From the NCBI GenBank assembly GCA_005223125.1, contig NJBH01000005.1, positions 32,001 to 96,000 of the forward strand: 64,000 bases of DNA. Reading direction: 5' to 3'. Both the position numbers and the translations under genes were made by a program. The notes below the pieces were generated by a model that did no database searches, was not told the DNA's origin, and was given only the letters and a program-made list of their open reading frames with translations. Below, piece by piece: positions 39,048-49,267 of the stretch. The stretch's first letter is position 1; every line of letters starts with the position of its first letter. The DNA comes from Promethearchaeota archaeon Loki_b32. Its GTDB lineage: Archaea > Asgardarchaeota > Lokiarchaeia > Sigyniarchaeales > SOKP01.

Positions 39048-41957
39048 ATGAAATCAACAGAAAAGAAACTTAGAGAATCTGAGGAAAGATTCAAAGCATT
39101 ATTTAAGATAAGTCCAGTTCCGACTTATGCTTGGCAAAAAGTAGGAGTATCGTTTAAATTGATTGATTATAATAATGCTGCTGATATTATTACGCAAGGA
39201 AACGTGCAAAATTATTTAGGAATTAAAGCTTCTGAAATGTACAGAGAACGTTTGGATATTTTAGAAGATATTAATAGTTGTTTTGATAAAAAAACTACTG
39301 TTGTTCGAGAAATGAAATATTTTTTTTCAAGTTTAAAAGAAGAAAAAGAGCTATTAGTGAAATATGCTTTTTTACCTCCAGATTTAGTCTTAGTTCATAC
39401 AGAAGATATCACAGCCCGAAAGAGAGCGGAGGAAAAAATTCAATATCAAGCTAAACTTGTTGAAGACGTTTCAGATGCAATTGTTTCCAGTGATTTAGAC
39501 TTTAACATTGTATCTTGGAATAAAGCAGCAGAATCTATATATGGATGGAAAGCTGAAGAAGTAATTGGGAAAAATATTAAGGATACAATTCCCGTAGAAT
39601 ACCCCTATGATGATCAAGAAGCTGTTCTAAAACAATTTTTTGAAGAAGGATTTTGGAAAGGAGAAGTAATTCAACCACAGAAAGATGGTACACCTATTAA
39701 TATCTTAACCTCAGTTTCATTAATTAAAGATATCAAAGGAAATCAAGTAGGTGCTGTAGCAATTAACCGAGACATTTCTGAGCGCAAATTAGTAGAGCAA
39801 AAATTAAAAGAATCTGAATCTAAGTTTAGAAGTATCTTTGAAGCTATTCCAGATTTATATTTTTTACTATCTGAAGATACAACAATATTAGATTTTCGGG
39901 GGAAGAAACAAAATTTATATGTTCAACCCGAAGAGTTTATGTGGAAAAAAGTTGTAGACCTCTTACCACCTCATATCGGAGAACAGACAATGAATTTGAT
40001 CAAGAAAACCATTATGACGAAGCAACCACAAAATTTAGAATATGAATTACTTATACAAAATAAAATTCATTATTTTGAAGGAAGATATTTTTATCTTTCT
40101 AAGAATAGAGTTTCTTGTTTTGTTCGAGATATTACGGAAAGAAAAAAGATAGAAAAAGAAATTTCTGATTTAGCAAAGTTCCCTTCAGAAAATCCAAATC
40201 CCGTATTGAGAGTGGATAAAAAAAAGATTCTTTATATCAATCAGTCGGGTAGAAATTTGTTTGATACAACTGAAGGTAGTAAGATTCCAATTCTATTAGA
40301 AGAAATAATTGTTGAAGCATTTGACGATAATACTACTAAAGTTTTTGAAATTGAAGTTGATGATAAAATATATTCATTTGATATAGCACCGATACAACAA
40401 GAAGGATATGCTAATATTTATGGACAGGATATAACAGAGAGAAAGAAATCAGAGATCGGCCTCAATATCGAGAAACAATTTACAGAAGATATATTAAATT
40501 CTTCACTGGATACTATCTTCGTTTTTGAACCAGAAACAGGTAAAGCACTTAGATGGAATAAAGTTTTTAATGAAATGACTGGTTATTCTGATGAAGAAAT
40601 TTCTTCAATGAAAGCCCCAGATTCATATTATAATGAAGAAGATTTAAAAGTTTCTTCAGAAGCAATAAAAAGATTAAAAGAGGAAGGAAAAACTACACTT
40701 GAAATTTCATTAATTACTAAGGATGGCAGGAGAATTCCATATGAGTATAAGGCAACGGTACTTAAAGACCCCCACGGGAAATTTTCAATTGTTTCTATTG
40801 GAAGAGATATGACTGAAAGAAAGGAAGTAGAGCAAAAATTAAAAGAATCTGAAATTATATTTAGAGACTTATATGAAGAAGCGCCTAATGCGTATTTCTC
40901 AATAGGGCCAGAAAAGTCAATAATTCGAACCAATAAAGCAGCGGAAAGACTTTTAGGCTATACAAAAGAAGAATTTTCAAAGTTGAAAGTCTATGAATTA
41001 TATACTGATACAAAATATGGATTAGAGAAAGCTGAAAAAGTGTTTAAACAATTCATGAATGGAGAGGCTATTAAAGATATTGAACTTCAAATGAAACACA
41101 AAAATGGAAACACCGTGTGGGTAAGCTTATCTGTTAAACCCATTTTCGATTCAGATGGAAGAGTTATTGAATCTCGTTCTATGGTTTTAGACATTACAGA
41201 ACGTAAAAATACAGAGGAAGCTTTAAAAAAATCAGAAAAGAAATATAAGGAGGCCTATGACAAGGCTAATTTCTATAAAGATCTTTTTACTCACGATATG
41301 AATAACATCCTACAAATTATAAATTCTTCAGCAGAAATAATTGGATTCCAGCTAGGTGATTCTGAAATGTCAATGTATATTGAAAATATGACTAAAATGA
41401 TTAAAAACCAAGTTGATAGAGGTTCCAAATTAATTTCCAACGTTCGCACTTTAACCGAACTTGATGAACAGGAGGAAATTTCAACAAAACAAGTAAATAT
41501 CTCCAAATTCTTAAATTCTTCAATAAATTTTGTTAAAAAAGCATATATTGGTAAAAATATATCCATTTTTGCAGAAAAACTTGATCAAAAATATTACACT
41601 AATGCTAATGAACTTCTTCAAGACGTCTTTGACAACATTTTAATAAATAGTATAAAGTATAATGAAAACTTAGAAATAGAAATATCTATAAAAATTTCTA
41701 AGCAAATTATGGATGGGAAAAATTATTTCAAATTAGAATTGAGTGATAATGGGATCGGTGTTTCTGATGATAGAAAAGATGTTATATTTCAACGGGGTAA
41801 TAGAGAACTTAAAGGAACTAAGGGAATGGGAATTGGTCTCTCCTTAGTAAAAAAAATTCTTGAAATTTTTGAAGGTAAAATTTGGGTTGAAGATAAAATT
41901 AAAGGAGACTATACAAAAGGGAGTAATTTTATTGTATTATTGCCCGAAGTAAACTGA
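39048..41957 (+). CDS. Multi-PAS sensor histidine kinase
   Basis: Multiple PAS units, H-box THDMNN, NILINSIKY, DNGIG, GMGIGL. Confidence 0.93.
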   Translation: MKSTEKKLRESEERFKALFKISPVPTYAWQKVGVSFKLIDYNNAADIITQGNVQNYLGIKASEMYRERLDILEDINSCFDKKTTVVREMKYFFSSLKEEKELLVKYAFLPPDLVLVHTEDITARKRAEEKIQYQAKLVEDVSDAIVSSDLDFNIVSWNKAAESIYGWKAEEVIGKNIKDTIPVEYPYDDQEAVLKQFFEEGFWKGEVIQPQKDGTPINILTSVSLIKDIKGNQVGAVAINRDISERKLVEQKLKESESKFRSIFEAIPDLYFLLSEDTTILDFRGKKQNLYVQPEEFMWKKVVDLLPPHIGEQTMNLIKKTIMTKQPQNLEYELLIQNKIHYFEGRYFYLSKNRVSCFVRDITERKKIEKEISDLAKFPSENPNPVLRVDKKKILYINQSGRNLFDTTEGSKIPILLEEIIVEAFDDNTTKVFEIEVDDKIYSFDIAPIQQEGYANIYGQDITERKKSEIGLNIEKQFTEDILNSSLDTIFVFEPETGKALRWNKVFNEMTGYSDEEISSMKAPDSYYNEEDLKVSSEAIKRLKEEGKTTLEISLITKDGRRIPYEYKATVLKDPHGKFSIVSIGRDMTERKEVEQKLKESEIIFRDLYEEAPNAYFSIGPEKSIIRTNKAAERLLGYTKEEFSKLKVYELYTDTKYGLEKAEKVFKQFMNGEAIKDIELQMKHKNGNTVWVSLSVKPIFDSDGRVIESRSMVLDITERKNTEEALKKSEKKYKEAYDKANFYKDLFTHDMNNILQIINSSAEIIGFQLGDSEMSMYIENMTKMIKNQVDRGSKLISNVRTLTELDEQEEISTKQVNISKFLNSSINFVKKAYIGKNISIFAEKLDQKYYTNANELLQDVFDNILINSIKYNENLEIEISIKISKQIMDGKNYFKLELSDNGIGVSDDRKDVIFQRGNRELKGTKGMGIGLSLVKKILEIFEGKIWVEDKIKGDYTKGSNFIVLLPEVN

Positions 41958-42011
41958 ATAATTCTACCAGAAGATATCTAGATTTTTAAGGATAATTTTT
42001 TATTTCTCCTT

Positions 42012-42581
42012 TTATCCTATCCAATCTTTTCTATAAATAGCAAATTGATGCATATCAACATATTCTCCATCAACATATAGATGATCTTTAAAATGTGCTT
42101 CTTGTTTGAATCCTAATTTTTCGGCAGCTCGAAGTGATCTTTTGTTAGGAATGTAAACCCCCGCATAAATTTTATGGAAATTTAATTCTTTAAATCCATA
42201 ATTTATTAATAATTTTGCAGCTTCACCAACAATTCCCTTACCCCAATAATCTGGTTCTCCTATCGTCGCGGAAATAAAAGCATTACGATTTAGCCAATCG
42301 ATACTAAAAAAGCCAATACTGCCTATTGGGCATTTATCTTCTTTATGGTAAATTGTAAAGAATATATATTCCTTAAGACCTCGTCCCGGAGATGGTTCAA
42401 ACCATTTTTTTATCTGTTCGGGAGTGCTAGGCATTGTGTGTCTAGCATAATGGCGTACTTGTGGGTTATTATTCCATTTGCAATATAAAGGAATCCATTT
42501 AGAATTTTGAGCAACTAAATCTATCCTTTCTCCCTCAATAAAGGGAAAAACTTCAATTTTTTCTTGTTCTTCTTCTGGCAA
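42012..42581 (-). CDS. RimJ/RimL GNAT N-acetyltransferase (array copy 5)
   Basis: YWGKGIV, ELNFHKI, NKRSLRAAEKLGF. Confidence 0.9.
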   Translation of the reverse strand: MPEEEQEKIEVFPFIEGERIDLVAQNSKWIPLYCKWNNNPQVRHYARHTMPSTPEQIKKWFEPSPGRGLKEYIFFTIYHKEDKCPIGSIGFFSIDWLNRNAFISATIGEPDYWGKGIVGEAAKLLINYGFKELNFHKIYAGVYIPNKRSLRAAEKLGFKQEAHFKDHLYVDGEYVDMHQFAIYRKDWIG

Positions 42582-42718
42582 CTTGATACATCTAGGGTTT
42601 TTATGTAAAATATTAGAATTGCTATGTTTATTTAATTAAAATACAAGATTAAATTTTACTTTTTGTTCATGGTCGAGTTAATAATATGGCAAGAATAATA
42701 AAGAGAATTTTATTGATC

Positions 42719-43288
42719 CTAGTCGATTTCTTTCTTTCTTTTCATCCAATCCTCCTTTAAAATCCCATAGGTTTTAACATTATAATATTTTCCATCAACA
42801 TACATCTCATCTTTTCGGATTCCATTAAACTTAAAACCTACTTTTTCTGCAACACTCCATGAGCCAATATTTTCAACAGCAGCTCCACCTTGCAATTTGT
42901 GAAGATTTAATTCGTTAAAAGCATATTCAACAAGCATTTCAGTAGTTTCAGTTGCGATATTTTGCCCCCAATATTCAGGTTCTCCAATAGAAAGAAAGGC
43001 ATTTGCCCATCCACTAACCCAATCTATCCATGCTAATCCACATGAACCAATTGGTTTATTATCTTTATTATGCCAAATCTCAAAAACTATAAAATTATGC
43101 ACTCTTCCTTTTCGAGGTTCAAACCATCTCTTAATATCTTCAAGTCTTATAGGCATCTCCCATCGAGCAAACACACGCACTTTTGGATTATTCATCCACT
43201 TCGCATACAAATCGATGTGCTCTGAATTTTGAACAGCCAAACAAATGGTCTCTCCCTCAATAAAAACTGGAACGTCTTTATCTTTCAT
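42719..43288 (-). CDS. RimJ/RimL GNAT N-acetyltransferase (array copy 4)
   Basis: YWGQNIA, ELNLHKL, NIGSWSVAEKVGF. Confidence 0.9.
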   Translation of the reverse strand: MKDKDVPVFIEGETICLAVQNSEHIDLYAKWMNNPKVRVFARWEMPIRLEDIKRWFEPRKGRVHNFIVFEIWHNKDNKPIGSCGLAWIDWVSGWANAFLSIGEPEYWGQNIATETTEMLVEYAFNELNLHKLQGGAAVENIGSWSVAEKVGFKFNGIRKDEMYVDGKYYNVKTYGILKEDWMKRKKEID

Positions 43289-43324
43289 TTAATTAATTAA
43301 AACCCCATTATATAGATTATTTTA

Positions 43325-43897
43325 CTAAATTTTTTTAGAATTGAGCCAATCTTTTTTAAATATTGCAAGCTTCACTTCATCAACATACTCTCCTTCAATA
43401 TATACCTGTTCTTTCAAGGTTGCTTCAAACTTTAAGCCAACCTTTTCCGCAGTCCTTAAAGATCTTTTATTTGGTGCATTTATACATGCATGAATCTTAT
43501 GGAAATTTAGTTCTTCAAATCCATAATCCACTAATAATTTGGCAGCTTCTGGTCCTATACCTTGCCCCCAATATTCAGGTTCTCCAATACTCGTAAAAAT
43601 ATTTGCATTTCGGTCTAACCAATTAATACTATCAAAGCCTGCTGTCCCAATAGGTTTTTTATCCTTTTTATGCCAGATTTCAAAAGTTACATCTCTTTTT
43701 CCACTTTCTTTCTGTTGCTCAAACCATTTTTTCACCTCTTCAAGATTCCACGGAAACATATTTCTAGCATATCGGCGTACTTCAGGATCATTACCCCACT
43801 TAGTATACAGATTCACATGTTCTAAGTTAATTGGACCCAAATCAATAATTTCTCCTTCAATGAAAGGCATGACTTTTTTTGTTTCCTTATCTTCCAA
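43325..43897 (-). CDS. RimJ/RimL GNAT N-acetyltransferase (array copy 3)
   Basis: YWGQGIG, ELNFHKI, NKRSLRTAEKVGL. Confidence 0.9.
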   Translation of the reverse strand: MEDKETKKVMPFIEGEIIDLGPINLEHVNLYTKWGNDPEVRRYARNMFPWNLEEVKKWFEQQKESGKRDVTFEIWHKKDKKPIGTAGFDSINWLDRNANIFTSIGEPEYWGQGIGPEAAKLLVDYGFEELNFHKIHACINAPNKRSLRTAEKVGLKFEATLKEQVYIEGEYVDEVKLAIFKKDWLNSKKI

Positions 43898-43946
43898 TTT
43901 TATCTATTCCACCTTTTTACATTAAAATTCCATAAATTAATAAAAT

Positions 43947-44549
43947 TCACATAGAGTTTTTTCTTTTTAGCCAATCTTCCTTTAATAAGCTATGTGTCTT
44001 GACATCTACATATTTTCCATCAACATACATCTCATCTTTTCGGATTCCATTAAACTTAAAACCCATTTTCTCAGCTACAGTCCAGGAACCAATATTCTCT
44101 ACAGCAGCTCCCCCCTGTAATTTATTTAGATTCAATTCATTAAATGCATATTCAATAAGCAATTCAGTAGCTTCAGTGGCTATATTTTTATTCCAATATT
44201 CAGGTTCTCCAATGAAAAGAAATGCATTTGCCCACCCATTAATCCAATCTATATGTCCTAATCCTAAATTTCCAATAGCTTTTTTATCTTTCTTATGCCA
44301 AATATCTAAAGATATATGATCCTTGAATTCTTCAACTTTAGATTCAAACCGTTGCTTTTGATCTTCAAGGGTTCTTGGTACCACATTTCTGGCATATTTT
44401 CTTACACGAGGATGATTTTTCCAACGAACATATTGTTTAAGCAATTTAGAATTTCGCACGCATAGATCAATATTCTTCCCTTTAATAAAAGGAAAAGGTT
44501 CAATTTCTTCAGTTTCTGGATTTTCTTCTGATTTTTCTTCTTGTCCCAT
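43947..44549 (-). CDS. RimJ/RimL GNAT N-acetyltransferase (array copy 2)
   Basis: YWNKNIA, ELNLNKL, NIGSWTVAEKMGF. Confidence 0.9.
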   Translation of the reverse strand: MGQEEKSEENPETEEIEPFPFIKGKNIDLCVRNSKLLKQYVRWKNHPRVRKYARNVVPRTLEDQKQRFESKVEEFKDHISLDIWHKKDKKAIGNLGLGHIDWINGWANAFLFIGEPEYWNKNIATEATELLIEYAFNELNLNKLQGGAAVENIGSWTVAEKMGFKFNGIRKDEMYVDGKYVDVKTHSLLKEDWLKRKNSM

Positions 44550-44581
44550 GAATCAAACCTCTTCTTCAGGATTTATAATCT

Positions 44582-45145
44582 TCATTGTAATTTCATCCAA
44601 TCTTCTTTAAAAATTGAATACTCTAAAGCATCAATGTGTTCACCATCAATGTAGACTTCTTGTTTAAGTGTTATTTCATGTGTAAGCCCGATTTTTTCTG
44701 CCACTCTTAAAGAAGCTTTATTTGGAGAAAACATTCTAGCGGTAATTTTATGTAAATTCAACTCTTTGAAACTATATTCTAAAACCAGTTTGCCTGCCTC
44801 AGTTCCGTTGTTTTGACCCCAATAATTCGGTTCGATAAGATAAAATATATGTGCATTACGAGTAAGCCATTGAATCCGAATAAGCCCAACAAATCCTATT
44901 GGTTTCTCATCCTTTTTATGCCATATTTCAAAAAAAATTTCATTTTTTACAGGTTCTTCTTTTGGTTCAAATAATTTTTTAACTTCTTCAATAGTTTGAG
45001 GCATATTGTATCTGGCGTATTTTCGTAATTGTGGATCATTCATCCATTTAGTATAAAGATGAATGTGATCCATATTTACTGGACAAAGTGAAACGTTTTC
45101 TCCTTCTATAAATGGAAAAACTTTATCTTCTTTAACTTCAGACAT
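44582..45145 (-). CDS. RimJ/RimL GNAT N-acetyltransferase (array copy 1)
   Basis: YWGQNNG, ELNLHKI, NKASLRVAEKIGL. Confidence 0.9.
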   Translation of the reverse strand: MSEVKEDKVFPFIEGENVSLCPVNMDHIHLYTKWMNDPQLRKYARYNMPQTIEEVKKLFEPKEEPVKNEIFFEIWHKKDEKPIGFVGLIRIQWLTRNAHIFYLIEPNYWGQNNGTEAGKLVLEYSFKELNLHKITARMFSPNKASLRVAEKIGLTHEITLKQEVYIDGEHIDALEYSIFKEDWMKLQ

Positions 45146-45261
45146 TTTTATGATAACGATATATTTGATTTTGTAATTAATTGTTGAAATACGCCGTCCA
45201 ATATTAAATTTAGCAAATTATGGGAATACTTGGAGCTAATACCAAAAGAATGTTAAATTTT

Positions 45262-46470
45262 TTAGAGATATTCACTTTTTACTCGAGTAAATAGGGTGAG
45301 TATCAATATTAGTATTCCTATTATAATAAATACAGCATAAAGATTCCACATTACAATAAGTCCTACAAATGGGTAAATAATTGCCATTATTAAACTACCA
45401 ATCATGTTAATCGTACTAAGAACTGTTGCTCTATCATCAGATTCGATTTGATTATTAATTCCATTCACATATATTAAAAATCGAGGATATCCAAATCCAA
45501 CAATTATTAAAATCAATATAGTGCCTAAAATTTGGTTCATAGTAAACCCTAGAAGAATAAATGCAATTCCATTTATTATATCAATTATTACTAGTAATAA
45601 GATTTTCTTTTTAACGTGTTTAAATAATTTTGGGTAAATATTCATAAAAGCAGCATTCATAATATTCATTAAAGATGTTATTATACCGATCCAAAAATAA
45701 GTGGTGTTAAATGATAGTAGAAAAGGTTGGTATGTCCAGAATAGAAAAAAAATTAATACACCGATAAAGACCCTATCAAAACATAAAATCCTTAGTACTT
45801 TATTTTTTTTCAATTCTTTAAATCCTTCTTTTAGAGTGGATACATAACTCTTTGAATACCTTTCATTTCGATATGGAGGTTCTTTTAGTGTAAATGTCAT
45901 TAGAAAAGCGGCAAAATATACTACCGCTAAACAGTTCATAGTAGATTGTAAAGAAAATACATCCGCTATTATTGCCCCGAGAGGAGCGGATAAAGTTAAG
46001 GCAACTAAATTCAGTGTTTGAACCCTTCCTAAAATTTTAGAGAGTTCTTTCTCCTCTCCATACACTTTTAATGTACTATACAAGAATGCTTCCTGTGTGC
46101 CAGAACTTAAAGCCAAACTAAATGCCCAGAATGTTTCTGCAATAAAAAACAAGAAAATGCTCGGATAAATGCTATAGAATGTTGCTGCCAACACCAAAGT
46201 AATACCTGCCAAAGAAAGTGCCTTTTTTCTTCCTAAATAATCTGCTATTGCACCTGAGGGTATTTCAAAAATAAAAATCATGAACATAAAATAACTTTGT
46301 AAGATCATTATTCCAAAAAAGGTAAGTCCGCCCCATACGGTGCTAAATGCGTAATAAACTGCTCTAACTGTATGAATCCCTAGAATAAAATATAAAATAT
46401 ACGATTTGTATATATTTAACTTATAGTTTTTAGGCTTTTCTTCTAAAACTAGGTTATTTGTTACTTCCAT
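45262..46470 (-). CDS. MFS transporter
   Basis: About 12 hydrophobic segments; EIPSGAIADYLGRK motif A; RATVLS. Confidence 0.92.
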   Translation of the reverse strand: MEVTNNLVLEEKPKNYKLNIYKSYILYFILGIHTVRAVYYAFSTVWGGLTFFGIMILQSYFMFMIFIFEIPSGAIADYLGRKKALSLAGITLVLAATFYSIYPSIFLFFIAETFWAFSLALSSGTQEAFLYSTLKVYGEEKELSKILGRVQTLNLVALTLSAPLGAIIADVFSLQSTMNCLAVVYFAAFLMTFTLKEPPYRNERYSKSYVSTLKEGFKELKKNKVLRILCFDRVFIGVLIFFLFWTYQPFLLSFNTTYFWIGIITSLMNIMNAAFMNIYPKLFKHVKKKILLLVIIDIINGIAFILLGFTMNQILGTILILIIVGFGYPRFLIYVNGINNQIESDDRATVLSTINMIGSLIMAIIYPFVGLIVMWNLYAVFIIIGILILILTLFTRVKSEYL

Positions 46471-46890
46471 ATCTATAATTTTAAGTGTTTATATTATTAA
46501 TAGAGTTCTAGTCCGAACTTTTTGTGAACTTTTAATAGAAATTAGAATAATTTTTATTAGAATTTTTAAGGTAATTTTATTATTTAGAATTAATCTTATC
46601 TAATGAAAAATCTAGTGAAGGATTTTTCACTATTTTATATGGTATTTCTAAAGCTTTTAATACTAACTCAGCTGCATATAGTCTTCCTTTAATTTCTGAA
46701 GAGATTTCTATTGTTGGAGTCTCTTTATAACAGATTGTCAGTACCTTATCACTTTTTTATATTTTTTTGTGGTAAAAATAAGATTATTCCTACTAAAAAA
46801 ATAAAAGAATTTATATTTATATTTTTCTTTTTGTAAACAGAAAATAGTTTGTGGTAAAAAAAACCTTTAAGGAAAAATTCTAATTTATTT

Positions 46891-47970
46891 TTAAAATAAT
46901 TTTTTAATGAATTCAGCGATTTTAATTATTGCCTCTTTTGCTTCTGGAAGGTCATGTAATCCAAACCCTTGAAAAACATGAATAGTATCTTTCCATTCTT
47001 GTAATGTAACGTCTACACCAGCAGCTTTAGCTTTCTCCGCAAAACGTGTTGAATGATCATATAACATTTCACTTGTACTTACTTGTAGTAGAATTGGAGG
47101 TAATCCTTTTAAATCTGCATTTAAGGGTGATATTAATGGATTCTCTGGATCTTCTCCTGCTAAAAAAGCTGTTAGCCACCAAAATACACCAATATCCGCT
47201 AAAATTGGGTCAGTCTTGGCGTTTTTATAGAAAGTTTCACTATTATCTGTATAATCAGTAGCGGGTGATAATGCTACAGCCCCAGCAGGTAATGGAATTC
47301 CATCATCTTGTAGTTTAATCATACTTGTTAGTGTTAAATTTCCTCCTGCAGAATCTCCAGCAATTACTATATTTTCTGCTTTAAATCCTTGTGTAAGAAG
47401 CCATCTGTAAACATTAACACAGTCTTCTAATTGAGCAGGGAAAGGATGCTCGGGTGCAAGGCGGTAATCAACGCTTAATACACGCATCTTCGTAAGCTGT
47501 GCAATTTCTATAGTTAACGCTCTATGTGTCTTTGGTGACATTAAAACCATACCACCACCATGTAAGTATAAAATCACCTTATCATCAACTGCCCCGGGTA
47601 CTATTTGCCATTCCGCAGGAACTCCTCCAGCGTCTATTTCTTTTATTTTCACATCTTCAGAAATTGGATATTTCTCTAATTCAGTTTTGATGTAGTAATC
47701 TACAGCAAACCGAAAAAATTTCGCAAGCATCCGCATTTCTTCATCAGTAAAGAATCCATATAGATCTTCTATAGTTCCTTCTTTATTAGATAACATTTGA
47801 AAAAATTTCTCGTTTGCTTCTGCTATTTTTTGCAAATAACCTTGCAGGTTAAACCCTTTATTTTCTTCAAATTTAAGATATTCTAATGCACCTTTTAATT
47901 GAAGCTTCTGAGTCTCATCTATTGATTTAAGAACCTCAGGACGAATTTTTGATCTATCTAATATAGTCAT
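46891..47970 (-). CDS. HSL-family alpha/beta hydrolase (esterase)
   Basis: HGGG, DYRLAPEHPFPA, GDSAGG, HVFQ. Confidence 0.93.
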   Translation of the reverse strand: MTILDRSKIRPEVLKSIDETQKLQLKGALEYLKFEENKGFNLQGYLQKIAEANEKFFQMLSNKEGTIEDLYGFFTDEEMRMLAKFFRFAVDYYIKTELEKYPISEDVKIKEIDAGGVPAEWQIVPGAVDDKVILYLHGGGMVLMSPKTHRALTIEIAQLTKMRVLSVDYRLAPEHPFPAQLEDCVNVYRWLLTQGFKAENIVIAGDSAGGNLTLTSMIKLQDDGIPLPAGAVALSPATDYTDNSETFYKNAKTDPILADIGVFWWLTAFLAGEDPENPLISPLNADLKGLPPILLQVSTSEMLYDHSTRFAEKAKAAGVDVTLQEWKDTIHVFQGFGLHDLPEAKEAIIKIAEFIKKLF

Positions 47971-48110
47971 GTTATTATCCCCTAATAACTAAAATTAAAA
48001 TTATAATATCTTAATTATTCTTTCCTTTTGAGTTTTGCATTTAGAGAATTGAACTATTTAAAATAAAGTAAAAAAAAAAAGGGGTATTAAAATATATTAG
48101 ATAAGATAAA

Positions 48111-48323
48111 TTAGAGTATTTTCATTGCCAAGTCCATATCATTGAGAGTTAATTTCTTCCTTCCGGCGTGTCGTGTCATTTCAAGAGCTTTATTTGTCAT
48201 GACTTTAGCTAATTTTTCTAAATAATCAATTAAGGCATCAACAGCATCTCGAGCCACCATCTCAGCGCCATTGTCTTTCATTAACTTTCGTACAGGAGAC
48301 CAGGCAAAAACTTTTTTGGCCAT
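48111..48323 (-). CDS. Archaeal histone (70 aa)
   Basis: MAKKVFAWSPVRKLMK...VARDA...HAGRKKL...D. SD GGAGG precedes ATG 48323, so the 22-aa N-terminal extension in the ORF track is probably not real. Confidence 0.93.
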   Translation of the reverse strand: MAKKVFAWSPVRKLMKDNGAEMVARDAVDALIDYLEKLAKVMTNKALEMTRHAGRKKLTLNDMDLAMKIL

Positions 48324-48667
48324 TTTATTATTCCTCCACTTTTTAATTGTTTTGGTTAATTTGCTCGTTTTAAGAGGTTCATCAACCAATATTTTTTTTC
48401 TGAAGTTTTTAAAATTTAACTTTAAACTTCTTTAACTAATATACATTAGCCAAATATATAAAGATTACGGTAAATTTTCGGTAGAGTATGTTTCGGTTAA
48501 TAAATTCATTAATAATTTCATTGCGATGTCTGAGAAGAACACCGTCAGATATGGATCTGAGCTTTTAGATCTAAGATTTTTTTTGATTTTAAATTTTTTA
48601 ATCGAAGAAGGTTAAATGGTTTAAATTTTATACCATTATTATAATTCAAATAGGTTTATTATTAATT

Positions 48668-49228
48668 TCAAAGTTCTTTACGCATTACATAATAATCTTT
48701 AAATTCTTTATATATAGAAAATCTTTCAGAGAGATATAATGAAATTGGCCCTCGATAACTATGGGCATCTGATAAGATTTCTCCTTTCCGGGGGTAAGCT
48801 TCAATTAGATCATAACCATTATTTTGAGACGAAGAACATGCAAATCTCAACATTTTTCTTGCGATACCTTGTTTTCTGTGTGAAGGGGCAACTACAAAAC
48901 AAATAAGGGAAGCAATTTTAGCTTTTGATTTTTTTTCATAAGGGATTTTTGCATAATTATCCTTAGAATTAACGTTACACCATCCAACTGGTTTTTCATC
49001 TAAATATGCAATCAAACCATTCATCTTTCCAGTAAGAATTAATTCCTTTGAAGCATTTCTATTCTCTTCAGCAGTTCTTTTAAAAAAATTTTTATTTTTT
49101 CCAGCAAAATGATAAAAATGACAATAGCAGGTAGCCCAATCAGGATTATCAGAAAAACCAACATTTTCAAAAAAGTAGAGAAAGTCTTCGAGAATATCGG
49201 GAGTTAAAGACTTAATCTTGATATCCAT
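48668..49228 (-). CDS. GNAT acetyltransferase
   Basis: CYCHFYH, PVGWC, CFVVAPSHRKQGIA, IEAYP. Confidence 0.88.
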   Translation of the reverse strand: MDIKIKSLTPDILEDFLYFFENVGFSDNPDWATCYCHFYHFAGKNKNFFKRTAEENRNASKELILTGKMNGLIAYLDEKPVGWCNVNSKDNYAKIPYEKKSKAKIASLICFVVAPSHRKQGIARKMLRFACSSSQNNGYDLIEAYPRKGEILSDAHSYRGPISLYLSERFSIYKEFKDYYVMRKEL

Positions 49229-49267
49229 TATAGTATTCTCCTTACATAAAGAAATAAAAATTGAGGA

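Noticed and set aside
46580-46750. Open minus-strand frame DKVLTICYKETPTIEISSEIKGRLYAAELVLKALEIPYKIV...
   Set aside because: Protein-like but has no start and an upstream in-frame stop; I cannot assign a family, so it is at most an unidentified remnant.
48324-48389. Lys-rich N-terminal tail on the histone
   Set aside because: A clear GGAGG SD precedes ATG 48323, so the extension is most likely untranslated leader.
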